Virus record (IMG/VR): IMGVR_UViG_2671180547_000008
Length of the DNA: 6,438 nucleotides
From: a virus
Lineage: Duplodnaviria > Heunggongvirae > Uroviricota > Caudoviricetes
Reading direction: 5' to 3' (one strand)
The notes under the pieces were generated by a model, which saw only the letters and a list, made by a program, of their open reading frames with translations, searched no databases and was not told the DNA's origin. A program made the translations under genes and the position numbers. Within the stretch, counting starts at the first letter, position 1, and every line of letters starts with the position of its first letter. Positions 1-5,591 of the stretch are shown here, in pieces.

Positions 1-90
1 ATTTTCTACAATCGTCAGCGTCGTCACTCTCGTCTGGGGAATATCTCCCCGGCAGCCTTCAGGGAAAAATATCATCAGATGGCTGCTTAA
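1..90 (+). CDS. Transposase C-terminal fragment (DDE/integrase-type, partial at window edge)
   Basis: Translation of 1-87 gives IFYNRQRRHSRLGNISPAAFREKYHQMAA, then TAA at 88-90. The YNxxRxHSxLGxxSPxxF pattern is the conserved C-terminal motif of IS3-like DDE transposases. Confidence 0.7.
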   Translation: MFYNRQRRHSRLGNISPAAFREKYHQMAA

Positions 91-133
91 AAAAAGAACA
101 AATGGTAGTGTCCGCTATTGCCAGTACACCTCA
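1..133 (+). mobile_element. Right end of an IS element (IS3-family-like; possibly IS600-like), with the element body lying left of the window
   Basis: Bases 1-133 are the exact reverse complement of 6306-6438, and identity stops at ...ACACCTCA (133), consistent with a TG...CA-type IS terminus. Bases 1-90 encode a transposase C-terminus. The terminal sequence resembles the IS3 terminus as I recall it (GCAATAG.GGACAC). Family assignment is from motif memory only. Confidence 0.7.
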
Positions 134-317
134 GGATAGCGGTCATGTGATGCCGGTTTCCCGGTAACTCAGCACCGGTATCTGAGTCAACGTTTTCTCT
201 ACTGGGTCATTTCCGATACGCCCTGCCTGCTGACAGGCTTTCATCACATCTGAAAATATAGCACCCTGACTGATACTGTAGTACCTAAGGTTCCAGAAAC
301 TGTGATGTATCCGGCAC

Positions 318-345
318 AGAAAAGCCCCTCCGGAGAGGGCTGGAG
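318..345 (-). terminator. Candidate intrinsic terminator downstream of the tRNA genes
   Basis: The minus strand reads GCCCTCTCCGGAGGGGC (GC-rich stem with one bulge, tetraloop) followed by TTTTCTG. It lies about 230 nt 3' of the tRNA-Arg(UCU) end. Confidence 0.3.
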
Positions 346-577
346 AGTGGCGCTATGTGCCATTGCATGATGCCGGGTGCCTCCCGGTGAATTCAGTACC
401 AGCACCTGAATCCGCGATTATCCCATATACCTACTCGCTGATTGCCCCTCCGCACAGGGGGATTCACCATGCCAGTTTCTTTTAACAAACTCCCCGCAAA
501 ACAGACAACTGTCAACCGTCTGAATTGTGAGACATTTAAAAAAAAGGCCCGCAAAAGCGAGCCAGGGAAAATAAGTG

Positions 578-654
578 TGGCGCGTTGTACTGGATTCGAA
601 CCAGTGACCGATTGCTTAGAAGGCAATTGCTCTGTCCGGCTGAGCTAACAACGC
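578..654 (-). tRNA. tRNA-Arg, anticodon UCU (reads the rare AGA codon)
   Basis: The minus-strand sequence GCGTTGTTAGCTCAGCCGGACAGAGCAATTGCCTTCTAAGCAATCGGTCACTGGTTCGAATCCAGTACAACGCGCCA folds as a 77-nt cloverleaf. Acceptor GCGTTGT/ACAACGC, D-stem GCTC/GAGC, anticodon stem ATTGC/GCAAT with loop CTTCTAA, T-arm ACTGG-TTCGAAT-CCAGT, discriminator G and encoded CCA. Confidence 0.9.
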
Positions 655-667
655 ATGATGCAGATAA

Positions 668-744
668 TGGACCGCCATCGGGGACTTGAACCCCGCGCAG
701 CCAGCTTCGAAGGCTGGCGCTCTTTCCTGATGNNNNNNNNNNNN
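668..744 (-). tRNA. tRNA-Arg, anticodon UCG (reads CGA); the 5' end of about 12 nt is hidden in the N-run
   Basis: Visible minus-strand 3' portion: ...GAGCGCCAGCCTTCGAAGCTGGCTGCGCGGGGTTCAAGTCCCCGATGGCGGTCCA. Anticodon stem CCAGC/GCTGG with loop CTTCGAA, T-arm CGGGG-TTCAAGT-CCCCG, acceptor 3' strand ATGGCGG, discriminator T, CCA. The 5' acceptor and D-stem fall in the Ns at 733-760, so the 744 boundary is extrapolated. Confidence 0.7.
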
Positions 745-760
745 NNNNNNNNNNNNNNNN

Positions 761-1733
761 GCCCGAGCGCCAGTGCCGCTTTCACTGTCGAACCCAACCC
801 CATGAAAAAATCTGCAATCAGGTCACCCGGACGACTGCTAGCGCTGATTATCTGCTGCAGCATTTCTGCCGGTTTTTCGCACGGATGTTTCCCGGGATAG
901 AACTGCACCGGTTTATGCGTCCACACATCGGTATACGGCACCTGCACCGTCACGCCAAAATACCGCCGCAGATGTTTATATTCACTCAGCAGCTCCGCAT
1001 ACTGCCGGTTCAGTGAGGTATACGTATCCACCAGCTGGTGGTGGAGCTTTTCCAGTTCACCACGCCGATGCTTCTCTTCTGCCACCCGGGCAAACAGCGC
1101 CTGTAATTTCAGATAATCGCTTTCATTCGGCAACTGCCACTGACCGGCACTGAACCAGTGCGACACCATGTTTTTCTTTCCTGTGGCATCTGCAATCTGT
1201 TTTGCCGTTATCCCCAGGGCAGCTCGCGCATCACGAAAGTAAGAAATCAGCGGGGCCATCACATGCTGTTTCAGTGCACTGCCCTTCGCCGCATACCCGG
1301 CATCTTTCGGACGATACGGCCCCTGATAATGTTCCGCGAACAGAATGCGCTCTGTGGCGGGGAAATACGCCCGCAGGCTTTCCTTGTTGCATCCGTTCCA
1401 GCGTCCGGACGGCTTCGCCCAGATAATATGGTTCAGCACACTGAAGCGTTCACGCATCATGATTTCGATATCAGATGCCAGGCGATGACCACAGAACAGG
1501 TAAAGACTTCCGGCAGGTTTCAGCACCCGCCAGAACTGCGCCAGACACTGGTCCAGCCACTTCAGGTAATCATCGTCGCCCTTCCACTGGTTATCCCAGC
1601 CCTCAGGCTTCACTTTAAAGTACGGCGGGTCCGTGACTATCAGGTCAACAGAATTTTCGGGTAACGACCGGATAAATTCCAGGCAGTCGGCGTTGATTAA
1701 CTCACAACTGGATATTTTTACAGTATTAAGCAT
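761..1733 (-). CDS. Beta-class N6-adenine DNA methyltransferase (phage-type orphan MTase); C-terminus interrupted by the N-run and probably truncated
   Basis: Starts at ATG 1733. DPPY (motif IV) lies near the N-terminus (IVTDPPYF) and the FxGxGST SAM-binding motif I (DFFMGLGSTVKAALALG) near the C-terminus; motif IV before motif I defines the beta class. There is a central HTH-like insert (ITAKQIADATGKKNMVSHWF). The six-frame ORF nominally runs to 645, but only through Ns and across the tRNA, and the post-N translation (IRKERQPSKL...) lacks the expected R-x-IG-x-E continuation. Confidence 0.85.
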
Positions 1734-1869
1734 GGATCATTAAGCCTGTCTCTGATAGGCTCATTCTGCTTTTGCGCAAAGCAGTGGGCCTGAGGTTTGC
1801 TTGTGAACCCAACGCATGAGCAGATGGCTGGTGGGTGCCCCTAACACCCACCAGCCGCCCATTTACCAC

Positions 1870-1897
1870 AAATAAAAAAGCCTTCACTGCGGAAGGC
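1870..1897 (-). terminator. Rho-independent terminator (second terminator in the late leader)
   Basis: Minus-strand stem GCCTTC, loop CGCAGT, stem GAAGGC (plus 1880-1897), followed by TTTTTTATTT (plus 1870-1879 is an A-run). The stop codon of the 65-aa ORF (1884-1886) lies inside the stem. Confidence 0.65.
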
Positions 1898-2081
1898 GTC
1901 TGTAACAACCGAACTGATAGTCTGCCAGACCCGCCATAACCAGCTGGGTCAGTATTAACTGGCAGCGTTCGCGTGAAAGGTAAGTATTCTGCGCTATCTC
2001 CCCGACTGTCGCCGGTTCGGTAACGCTTAATTCATTAAACACCACTCTGGCGGTTTCTGTCATATCCTGCTGTTTTAGCAT
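1884..2081 (-). CDS. Small winged-helix/HTH-like protein (65 aa), uncharacterised
   Basis: ATG at 2081 is preceded by AAGGAA about 7 nt upstream. The segment TVGEIAQNTYLSRERCQLILTQLVMAGLADY resembles an AsnC/MarR-type HTH. It sits between the tR'-like terminator and the second terminator, directly upstream of the MTase. Confidence 0.5.
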   Translation of the reverse strand: MLKQQDMTETARVVFNELSVTEPATVGEIAQNTYLSRERCQLILTQLVMAGLADYQFGCYRRLPQ

Positions 2082-2197
2082 GTCTTTTCCTTTTCCGGTT
2101 AACGTGACACACCAATAACTCTTGTCGAAAAAGCCAGCAAGCTGAAAGACAGGTATTCACCGCCACCAGCGCGTTTACTGTACTGACGCGATTTCAG

Positions 2198-2225
2198 TCA
2201 TAAAAAACCCGCTCGGCGGCGGGTT
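2198..2225 (-). terminator. tR'-like rho-independent terminator downstream of the Q-like gene
   Basis: The minus strand reads AACCCGC-CGCCGA-GCGGGTT (7-bp GC-rich stem) followed by TTTTATG. It lies about 45-65 nt downstream of the predicted PR'-like start. Confidence 0.7.
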
Positions 2226-2272
2226 GTAGAAACTCTTCTAACGTCAGGCATAAAACGCCCATCGTTATAACG

Positions 2273-2300
2273 AATTTACCACAGATTCCGGAAAAATCAA
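2273..2300 (-). promoter_or_regulatory. PR'-like late promoter immediately 3' of the Q-like gene
   Basis: Minus strand has -35 TTGATT (plus 2295-2300), a 16-nt spacer and -10 TAAATT (plus 2273-2278). The -35 directly abuts the stop codon of the Q-like gene (2306-2308), the same geometry as Q/PR' in lambdoid phages. Confidence 0.45.
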
Positions 2301-2305
2301 CCTTG

Positions 2306-3127
2306 TTACCTAGTTACCTTTTTTAACTGCCGCTCAGCCCATGCTTCTTCAATATCAAACCGGGTCACCAGCGCATCATAAAATTTCTTAACTGTTTTTT
2401 CCCATGACGCGCGTGTTATCTGGTTTGTCACCTCGCATATAGCATTAAATGCCTCCGTTGATGGTAGTCTTTCATAGCCACGACCACCACAACGCTGGCA
2501 GTCTCTGATAACAGGCATACCACGTTTTACCGACTCTTCACGATGAATGGCGACACCACGCCCACGGCAATCCTTACAGGCGGTGGAAACCTCACCCTTT
2601 CCGCCACACTCCGGACAGGCAACTTTTACCACCTCCCTGACTTTTTTCCATTCTTCCCAGTAAGACGGATACACACCTTTCGTACACTTTGCCCATACCG
2701 GCGGCTTACCATCCGGATACTGGATCTTGTTTGTAAAAACCTCGCTTTCAATAAATTTTTTTCCGTGACAGCAGGGGCACTGTTTTTTGCTCGCCGCGCT
2801 ACGGGCATAATCTTCAAACGCATACGAAGCCATAATACGCATCACTGCCGGTTTTATTTCTGCCGGGAGTTTTCTTAACGCCGCCACGCGATCACACCGA
2901 CTGAGTGCATATTCTGTCAGCAATTCTGTTGCCCGCTCTCTGTCATTCATACTAATGCCCATTTTCCCAAGGAACGCAGAAACCCCCATCTCAGCCCGAT
3001 TCTGTGTCATGCCCTGCGCGGCCATCACATCAGTGATACTCAGCGCATCTTTCGACGTTGAGGCCGATGCATCAGTCAGGCCGGGGGATTTTGGGGAGTA
3101 GTATTTCGGTAAATCTTCCAGTTTCAT
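2306..3127 (-). CDS. Putative late-gene antiterminator (Q-like, QuuQ-type) with repeated CxxCxGxG zinc-finger motifs
   Basis: 273-aa ORF. Its ATG (3127-3125) overlaps the rusA stop as ATGA. It carries one CPCC and three CxxCxGxG motifs (CPECGGKG, CKDCRGRG, CQRCGGRG). Position after rusA and before a promoter-terminator pair matches Q genes of lambdoid phages. Identity is inferred from synteny and motifs, not alignment. Confidence 0.5.
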   Translation of the reverse strand: MKLEDLPKYYSPKSPGLTDASASTSKDALSITDVMAAQGMTQNRAEMGVSAFLGKMGISMNDRERATELLTEYALSRCDRVAALRKLPAEIKPAVMRIMASYAFEDYARSAASKKQCPCCHGKKFIESEVFTNKIQYPDGKPPVWAKCTKGVYPSYWEEWKKVREVVKVACPECGGKGEVSTACKDCRGRGVAIHREESVKRGMPVIRDCQRCGGRGYERLPSTEAFNAICEVTNQITRASWEKTVKKFYDALVTRFDIEEAWAERQLKKVTR

Positions 3128-3504
3128 TTTTTGACCTGCCCTTCAAGCATTATGGGATAAATCTTCACCCCCAGACGTCCACCAGATACTGGCTGAGCAC
3201 GAACGATATTGATTTCATCAAACTGCTCATCGTCCATTAGCAACCCCGCATGCGTCAGCGCATCCAGCGGCGCTTTCAGAATATTGTCCAGGTCACGGCG
3301 GCGCTTATCCGGTGGTTCTGCAATAATTTTTATTGCCAACCTTCCGGACAGGCTTAATTTCAGCCGCTGCTGGCGAACAATAAGCGCCACTGCCCGGCGA
3401 TAACGCTCCCCGGCTTTTGATACAAAATATGTGCTGCCACGACGACGCCAGTAAGTGTTCACCGTCGGCGGGTAAGGTAAAACAAATTCTATGCGCTCGG
3501 TCAT
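3124..3504 (-). CDS. rusA: RusA-type Holliday junction resolvase (crossover junction endodeoxyribonuclease)
   Basis: The 126-aa product has LPYPPTVNTYWRRRG, DKRRRDLDNILKAPLDALTHAGLLMDDEQ and VSGGRLGVKIY, which match the recalled RusA signature blocks ([48 protein letters not shown]). Its start follows the DUF968 stop directly (TAAATG). Confidence 0.9.
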   Translation of the reverse strand: MTERIEFVLPYPPTVNTYWRRRGSTYFVSKAGERYRRAVALIVRQQRLKLSLSGRLAIKIIAEPPDKRRRDLDNILKAPLDALTHAGLLMDDEQFDEINIVRAQPVSGGRLGVKIYPIMLEGQVKK

Positions 3505-4563
3505 TTATGCTTTCCACTTCAGAACACCCGAATTTCTCGCGTGCATTAAAAAACGAATCAGCAACAACAGCTGACTGCCGTGTTTCTCTTCAAAATCTTT
3601 TACTCCGGCATGTAGTTCGTTACGGCATTTACGGCATAACGGAATAACAAACAAATCATCAGCCTTTGTTCCCATCCCTCCCAGTCCATGACCAATGATG
3701 TGATGCGGATCATCTGCCTGATTGCCACACGTCATGCATTTCTGCGTTTTTACCCAGCGCGTGTATACAGGCATCTCTTCCCGTTGTGATTTCTGGCGCT
3801 GGAGATACTGAGCCGGTGACTCCGGATCAACGGCAATGCTGACCACCGTCTTTTCCTGTGGTGGGTTCTGTTGCTGGTGGACGTGAGGCAGTAACGCAAT
3901 ATTTTTTGTGCGCTGCTTCAGTATGCTGGTGGCTGTCTGCTCTCCCGGTATGATGTCGCTTTCACTGTACACAGAGCGAATTTTTTCCGCACGCAACCCC
4001 AGCGAACGACGTAATACCGCTTCCGGTAGCGCGTCCGCCACCTGATTGCGGACCGCCCACCAGGATAATTCAGCCAGAGATAATTCACGCTCCTGCGTAC
4101 CGCTTATTGCGTGACCGATGACGTCAATCATCCATGCTGACAGGTTTTGATGAGCAAGTTGCTCGAGTGATTCGGATGTCTGGTCACGCAGCTGGTTGTC
4201 GCAGTGCCAGCACAACACCATTGCGCCGGTACCATAACGGTGAATGACGGTTTCGCTGTGATGATAATCGCCGTGTGGCCACTGGCAGGATTTAATATGG
4301 CGCAACAGCCAGTCAGACAATGCACCAGCACCACCAGCAGCACGAATCACCCGTGCGTTACTGAAAAACGGCAGCAATGTTTTGTCTTCCACCAGCGGCT
4401 GGCGAGCGGCAGGAACGACCCCGGACGGCAGATTACGCATGCTTTTTGGTTCCGGCTCCACCAGTATTCTGCCGTTATGGAATGCTGACATTGATTCACG
4501 GCCTGGCTTAACGATAACCAGACCGAGTTCCGGTACCAGAACAGGTCGAAGTAATACCCGCAC
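3505..4563 (-). CDS. DUF968-like prophage protein (YdfU-like) with a C-terminal HNH/zinc-binding-like motif
   Basis: 352-codon ORF starting with GTG at 4563, 4 nt after GGAGG; an alternative ATG at 4491 gives MSAFHNGRIL. The C-terminus has CMTCGNQADDPHHIIGHGLGGMGTKADDLFVIPLCRKCRNELH (CxxC...HH...CxxC...H). Size and position between a small gene and rusA/Q match ydfU in Qin-like prophages as I recall them. Confidence 0.6.
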   Translation of the reverse strand: MRVLLRPVLVPELGLVIVKPGRESMSAFHNGRILVEPEPKSMRNLPSGVVPAARQPLVEDKTLLPFFSNARVIRAAGGAGALSDWLLRHIKSCQWPHGDYHHSETVIHRYGTGAMVLCWHCDNQLRDQTSESLEQLAHQNLSAWMIDVIGHAISGTQERELSLAELSWWAVRNQVADALPEAVLRRSLGLRAEKIRSVYSESDIIPGEQTATSILKQRTKNIALLPHVHQQQNPPQEKTVVSIAVDPESPAQYLQRQKSQREEMPVYTRWVKTQKCMTCGNQADDPHHIIGHGLGGMGTKADDLFVIPLCRKCRNELHAGVKDFEEKHGSQLLLLIRFLMHARNSGVLKWKA

Positions 4564-4564
4564 A

Positions 4565-4920
4565 TTACCTCCAGATCCGTTGCTGGAATGTGCGGGACGG
4601 ACGCGTTGGCCGTTCGGAGTAAGGGAGCCTGACGGAGATTATCCAGTGACGGTAGTCGAGGCTAAGGGCTTTTTTAACCTCGCATCCGCGCCTGCGGTAA
4701 CACTGAATGAGCCATTCGGCCTGTTCTTCAGTGCATGGGGGATGCTGGTACCAATCAGATTTAAATGCGTGAGAGCGCCGCCCGTGCCTGCTGGCAAAGA
4801 CGGCTGAATTATCAGAATTGTGTAGTCTGGAAGGCAGTGGCTGACAATAGCGCCATTCTCAACGCGCACAGTATAGAGGCCATCTTCACTAAAAATTTCA
4901 CGTAATTCTTCGATTTTCAT
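4565..4920 (-). pseudogene. Small nin-region gene with a frame discontinuity (rem-position gene); an intact 93-aa frame runs 4639-4920 but looks degenerate after about 40 aa
   Basis: ATG at 4920 has GGAAGGA 8 nt upstream. Frame 0 reads MKIEELREIFSEDGLYTVRVENGAIVSHCLPDYTILIIQPS, then turns low-complexity (LPAGTGGALTHLNLIGTS...). A second frame with no start codon reads ...TEEQAEWLIQCYRRRGCEVKKALSLDYRHWIISVRLPYSERP... and ends with TAA at 4565-4567, overlapping the DUF968 start region (GGAGGTAATGTG). Confidence 0.4.
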
Positions 4921-5003
4921 CAACAGAATCCTTCCAGATAAATAGCACTCCCCTGTTCGGGGTCCATCCCTCTTCTCCCTGCGCGCTACTTAAGTATTTT
5001 TGA

Positions 5004-5032
5004 TTCTATTCCGGCACCATCTAAAACTTCAA
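5004..5032 (-). promoter_or_regulatory. Candidate sigma70 promoter for the nin-like operon (small gene, DUF968, rusA, Q)
   Basis: Minus strand has -35 TTGAAG (plus 5027-5032), an 18-nt spacer and -10 TAGAAT (plus 5004-5009). It lies between the hok terminator and the RBS of the 4920 gene. Confidence 0.35.
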
Positions 5033-5040
5033 ACGCGTTG

Positions 5041-5071
5041 AAAATAAAAACAAAAACCCGCCGAAGCGGGT
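5041..5071 (-). terminator. Rho-independent terminator of the hok transcript
   Basis: The minus strand reads ACCCGC-TTCG-GCGGGT followed by TTTTGTTTTTATTTT. It lies about 75 nt 3' of the hokD stop. Confidence 0.7.
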
Positions 5072-5140
5072 TAAGTGTGGGTGCATTGAGGATGCCTGCC
5101 CCATCAGAGGTGGCGAGGGATTTCTCCCCCGCCTGGTCTC

Positions 5141-5296
5141 TTACTCCTCAGGTTCGTAAGCTGTGAAGACAGCGACCTCCGTCTGGCCGGTTCGAATTCG
5201 TACCTCGCAGAGGTCTTTCCTCGTTACCAGTGCCGTCACTATGACGGTTAAACAGATGACGATCAGGGCGATTAACATCGCCTTTTGCTGCTTCAT
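5141..5296 (-). CDS. hokD: Hok-family type I toxin (HokD/RelF-like, 51 aa)
   Basis: The product MKQQKAMLIALIVICLTVIVTALVTRKDLCEVRIRTGQTEVAVFTAYEPEE has the Hok single transmembrane helix and the conserved C-terminal pattern (compare Hok ...[26 protein letters not shown]), and matches my recollection of E. coli HokD. An in-frame upstream ATG at 5353 (MNGKSRLASYVPKGKEKQA-) occupies the position of the mok start in the R1 hok/sok leader. Confidence 0.9.
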   Translation of the reverse strand: MKQQKAMLIALIVICLTVIVTALVTRKDLCEVRIRTGQTEVAVFTAYEPEE

Positions 5297-5344
5297 AGCC
5301 TGCTTCTCCTTGCCTTTCGGCACGTAAGAGGCTAACCTAGATTT

Positions 5345-5425
5345 GCCGTTCATAGATTGAGCCTCAGATTAATGTTAAGCGTCTTGCCGGACGCGTAATG
5401 TTAACTGGGGCTTTTCTCTATCTGC
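5345..5425 (+). ncRNA. Candidate Sok-like antisense RNA with its promoter (-35 at 5310-5315, -10 at 5333-5338)
   Basis: The plus strand has TTGCCT, a 17-nt spacer and TAACCT, which aligns by recollection with the R1 sok promoter (TTGCGC, 17 nt, TATCCT). The predicted transcript is antisense to the mok-like start region and ends in a U-rich stretch (GGGGCTTTTCTCTATCTGCCTTTTGG). Exact 5' and 3' ends are not determined. Confidence 0.35.
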
Positions 5426-5472
5426 CTTTTGGTGTTCATGCCTGAGACAGATAGCCTCAAGCACCCGCTGCA

Positions 5473-5501
5473 ATTCTACTTAACTCTCCTTTTCCCGCAA
5501 A
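5473..5501 (-). promoter_or_regulatory. Candidate hok mRNA promoter
   Basis: Minus strand has -35 TTTGCG (plus 5496-5501), a 17-nt spacer and -10 TAGAAT (plus 5473-5478), followed by GCTTGAGGCTATCTG, which resembles the recalled 5' end of R1 hok mRNA (GCGCTTGAGGCTTTCTG). Confidence 0.4.
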
Positions 5502-5507
5502 CCGTTT

Positions 5508-5591
5508 TTATCCCCAGCGGCAAATCGAATACACCACCAGCGCCACCGCCATCGCAATTCCTACCGTTGTTAATGCTTCAGGCCAGGTCAT
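5508..5591 (-). CDS. 27-codon hydrophobic micro-ORF, translationally coupled to the 114-aa ORF
   Basis: Its ATG (5591-5589) overlaps the TGA stop (5590-5588) of the upstream ORF as ATGA. The product [27 protein letters not shown] has an 18-residue hydrophobic core with a basic/aromatic C-terminal cap, as in small membrane peptides. Below the ORF-track length cutoff. No homology evidence. Confidence 0.3.
   Translation of the reverse strand: MTWPEALTTVGIAMAVALVVYSICRWG

Noticed and set aside
134-577. Shiga toxin or lysis genes downstream of the tRNAs
   Set aside because: I looked for them because of the Q, tRNA-Arg synteny with Stx phages, but no ORF of appropriate size or sequence is present before the IS boundary.
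393-648. ORFs 393-626 (-) and 442-648 (+)
   Set aside because: Both overlap the tRNA-Arg(UCU) gene and surrounding stem-loops; no RBS and implausible composition.
655-900. Plus-strand ORF 655-900 running through the N-run
   Set aside because: Antisense to the MTase 3' end and tRNA, and bridged by masked bases; an ORF-finder artefact.
1158-1664. Plus-strand ORFs 1158-1664 and 1202-1426
   Set aside because: Antisense shadows inside the well-supported methyltransferase CDS.
1740-1870. A third tRNA (for example Ile) near the Arg tRNAs
   Set aside because: No T-loop/acceptor pattern found in the hairpin-rich leader or in 134-577; the 12-bp stem is too long for a tRNA arm.
1726-1908. 60-aa minus-strand ORF whose stop overlaps the MTase start
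   Set aside because: It spans the terminator and hairpin region and overlaps the end of the 65-aa ORF. Its composition (MLQTPSAVKAFLFVVNGRLVGVRGTHQPSAH...) is not protein-like. Treated as structured leader instead.
2543-2878. ORFs 2543-2878 (+) and 2626-2823 (-) inside the Q-like gene
   Set aside because: Alternate-frame or antisense shadows of the 273-aa CDS.
3058-3647. ORFs 3058-3240 (+), 3209-3403 (+), 3305-3517 (-) and 3417-3647 (+)
   Set aside because: They overlap rusA and the DUF968 3' end in other frames or on the antisense strand; no independent support.
4128-4565. ORFs 4128-4343 (-), 4204-4488 (+) and 4347-4565 (-)
   Set aside because: Embedded in the DUF968 gene. The 72-aa frame from ATG 4565 is Trp/Cys-rich and not protein-like, though its ATG may be relevant to the start-site ambiguity of DUF968.
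4382-4807. Plus-strand 141-aa ORF
   Set aside because: Antisense to the DUF968 start and the frame-disrupted small gene; Gly/Arg/Pro-rich, typical of a GC-rich antisense frame.
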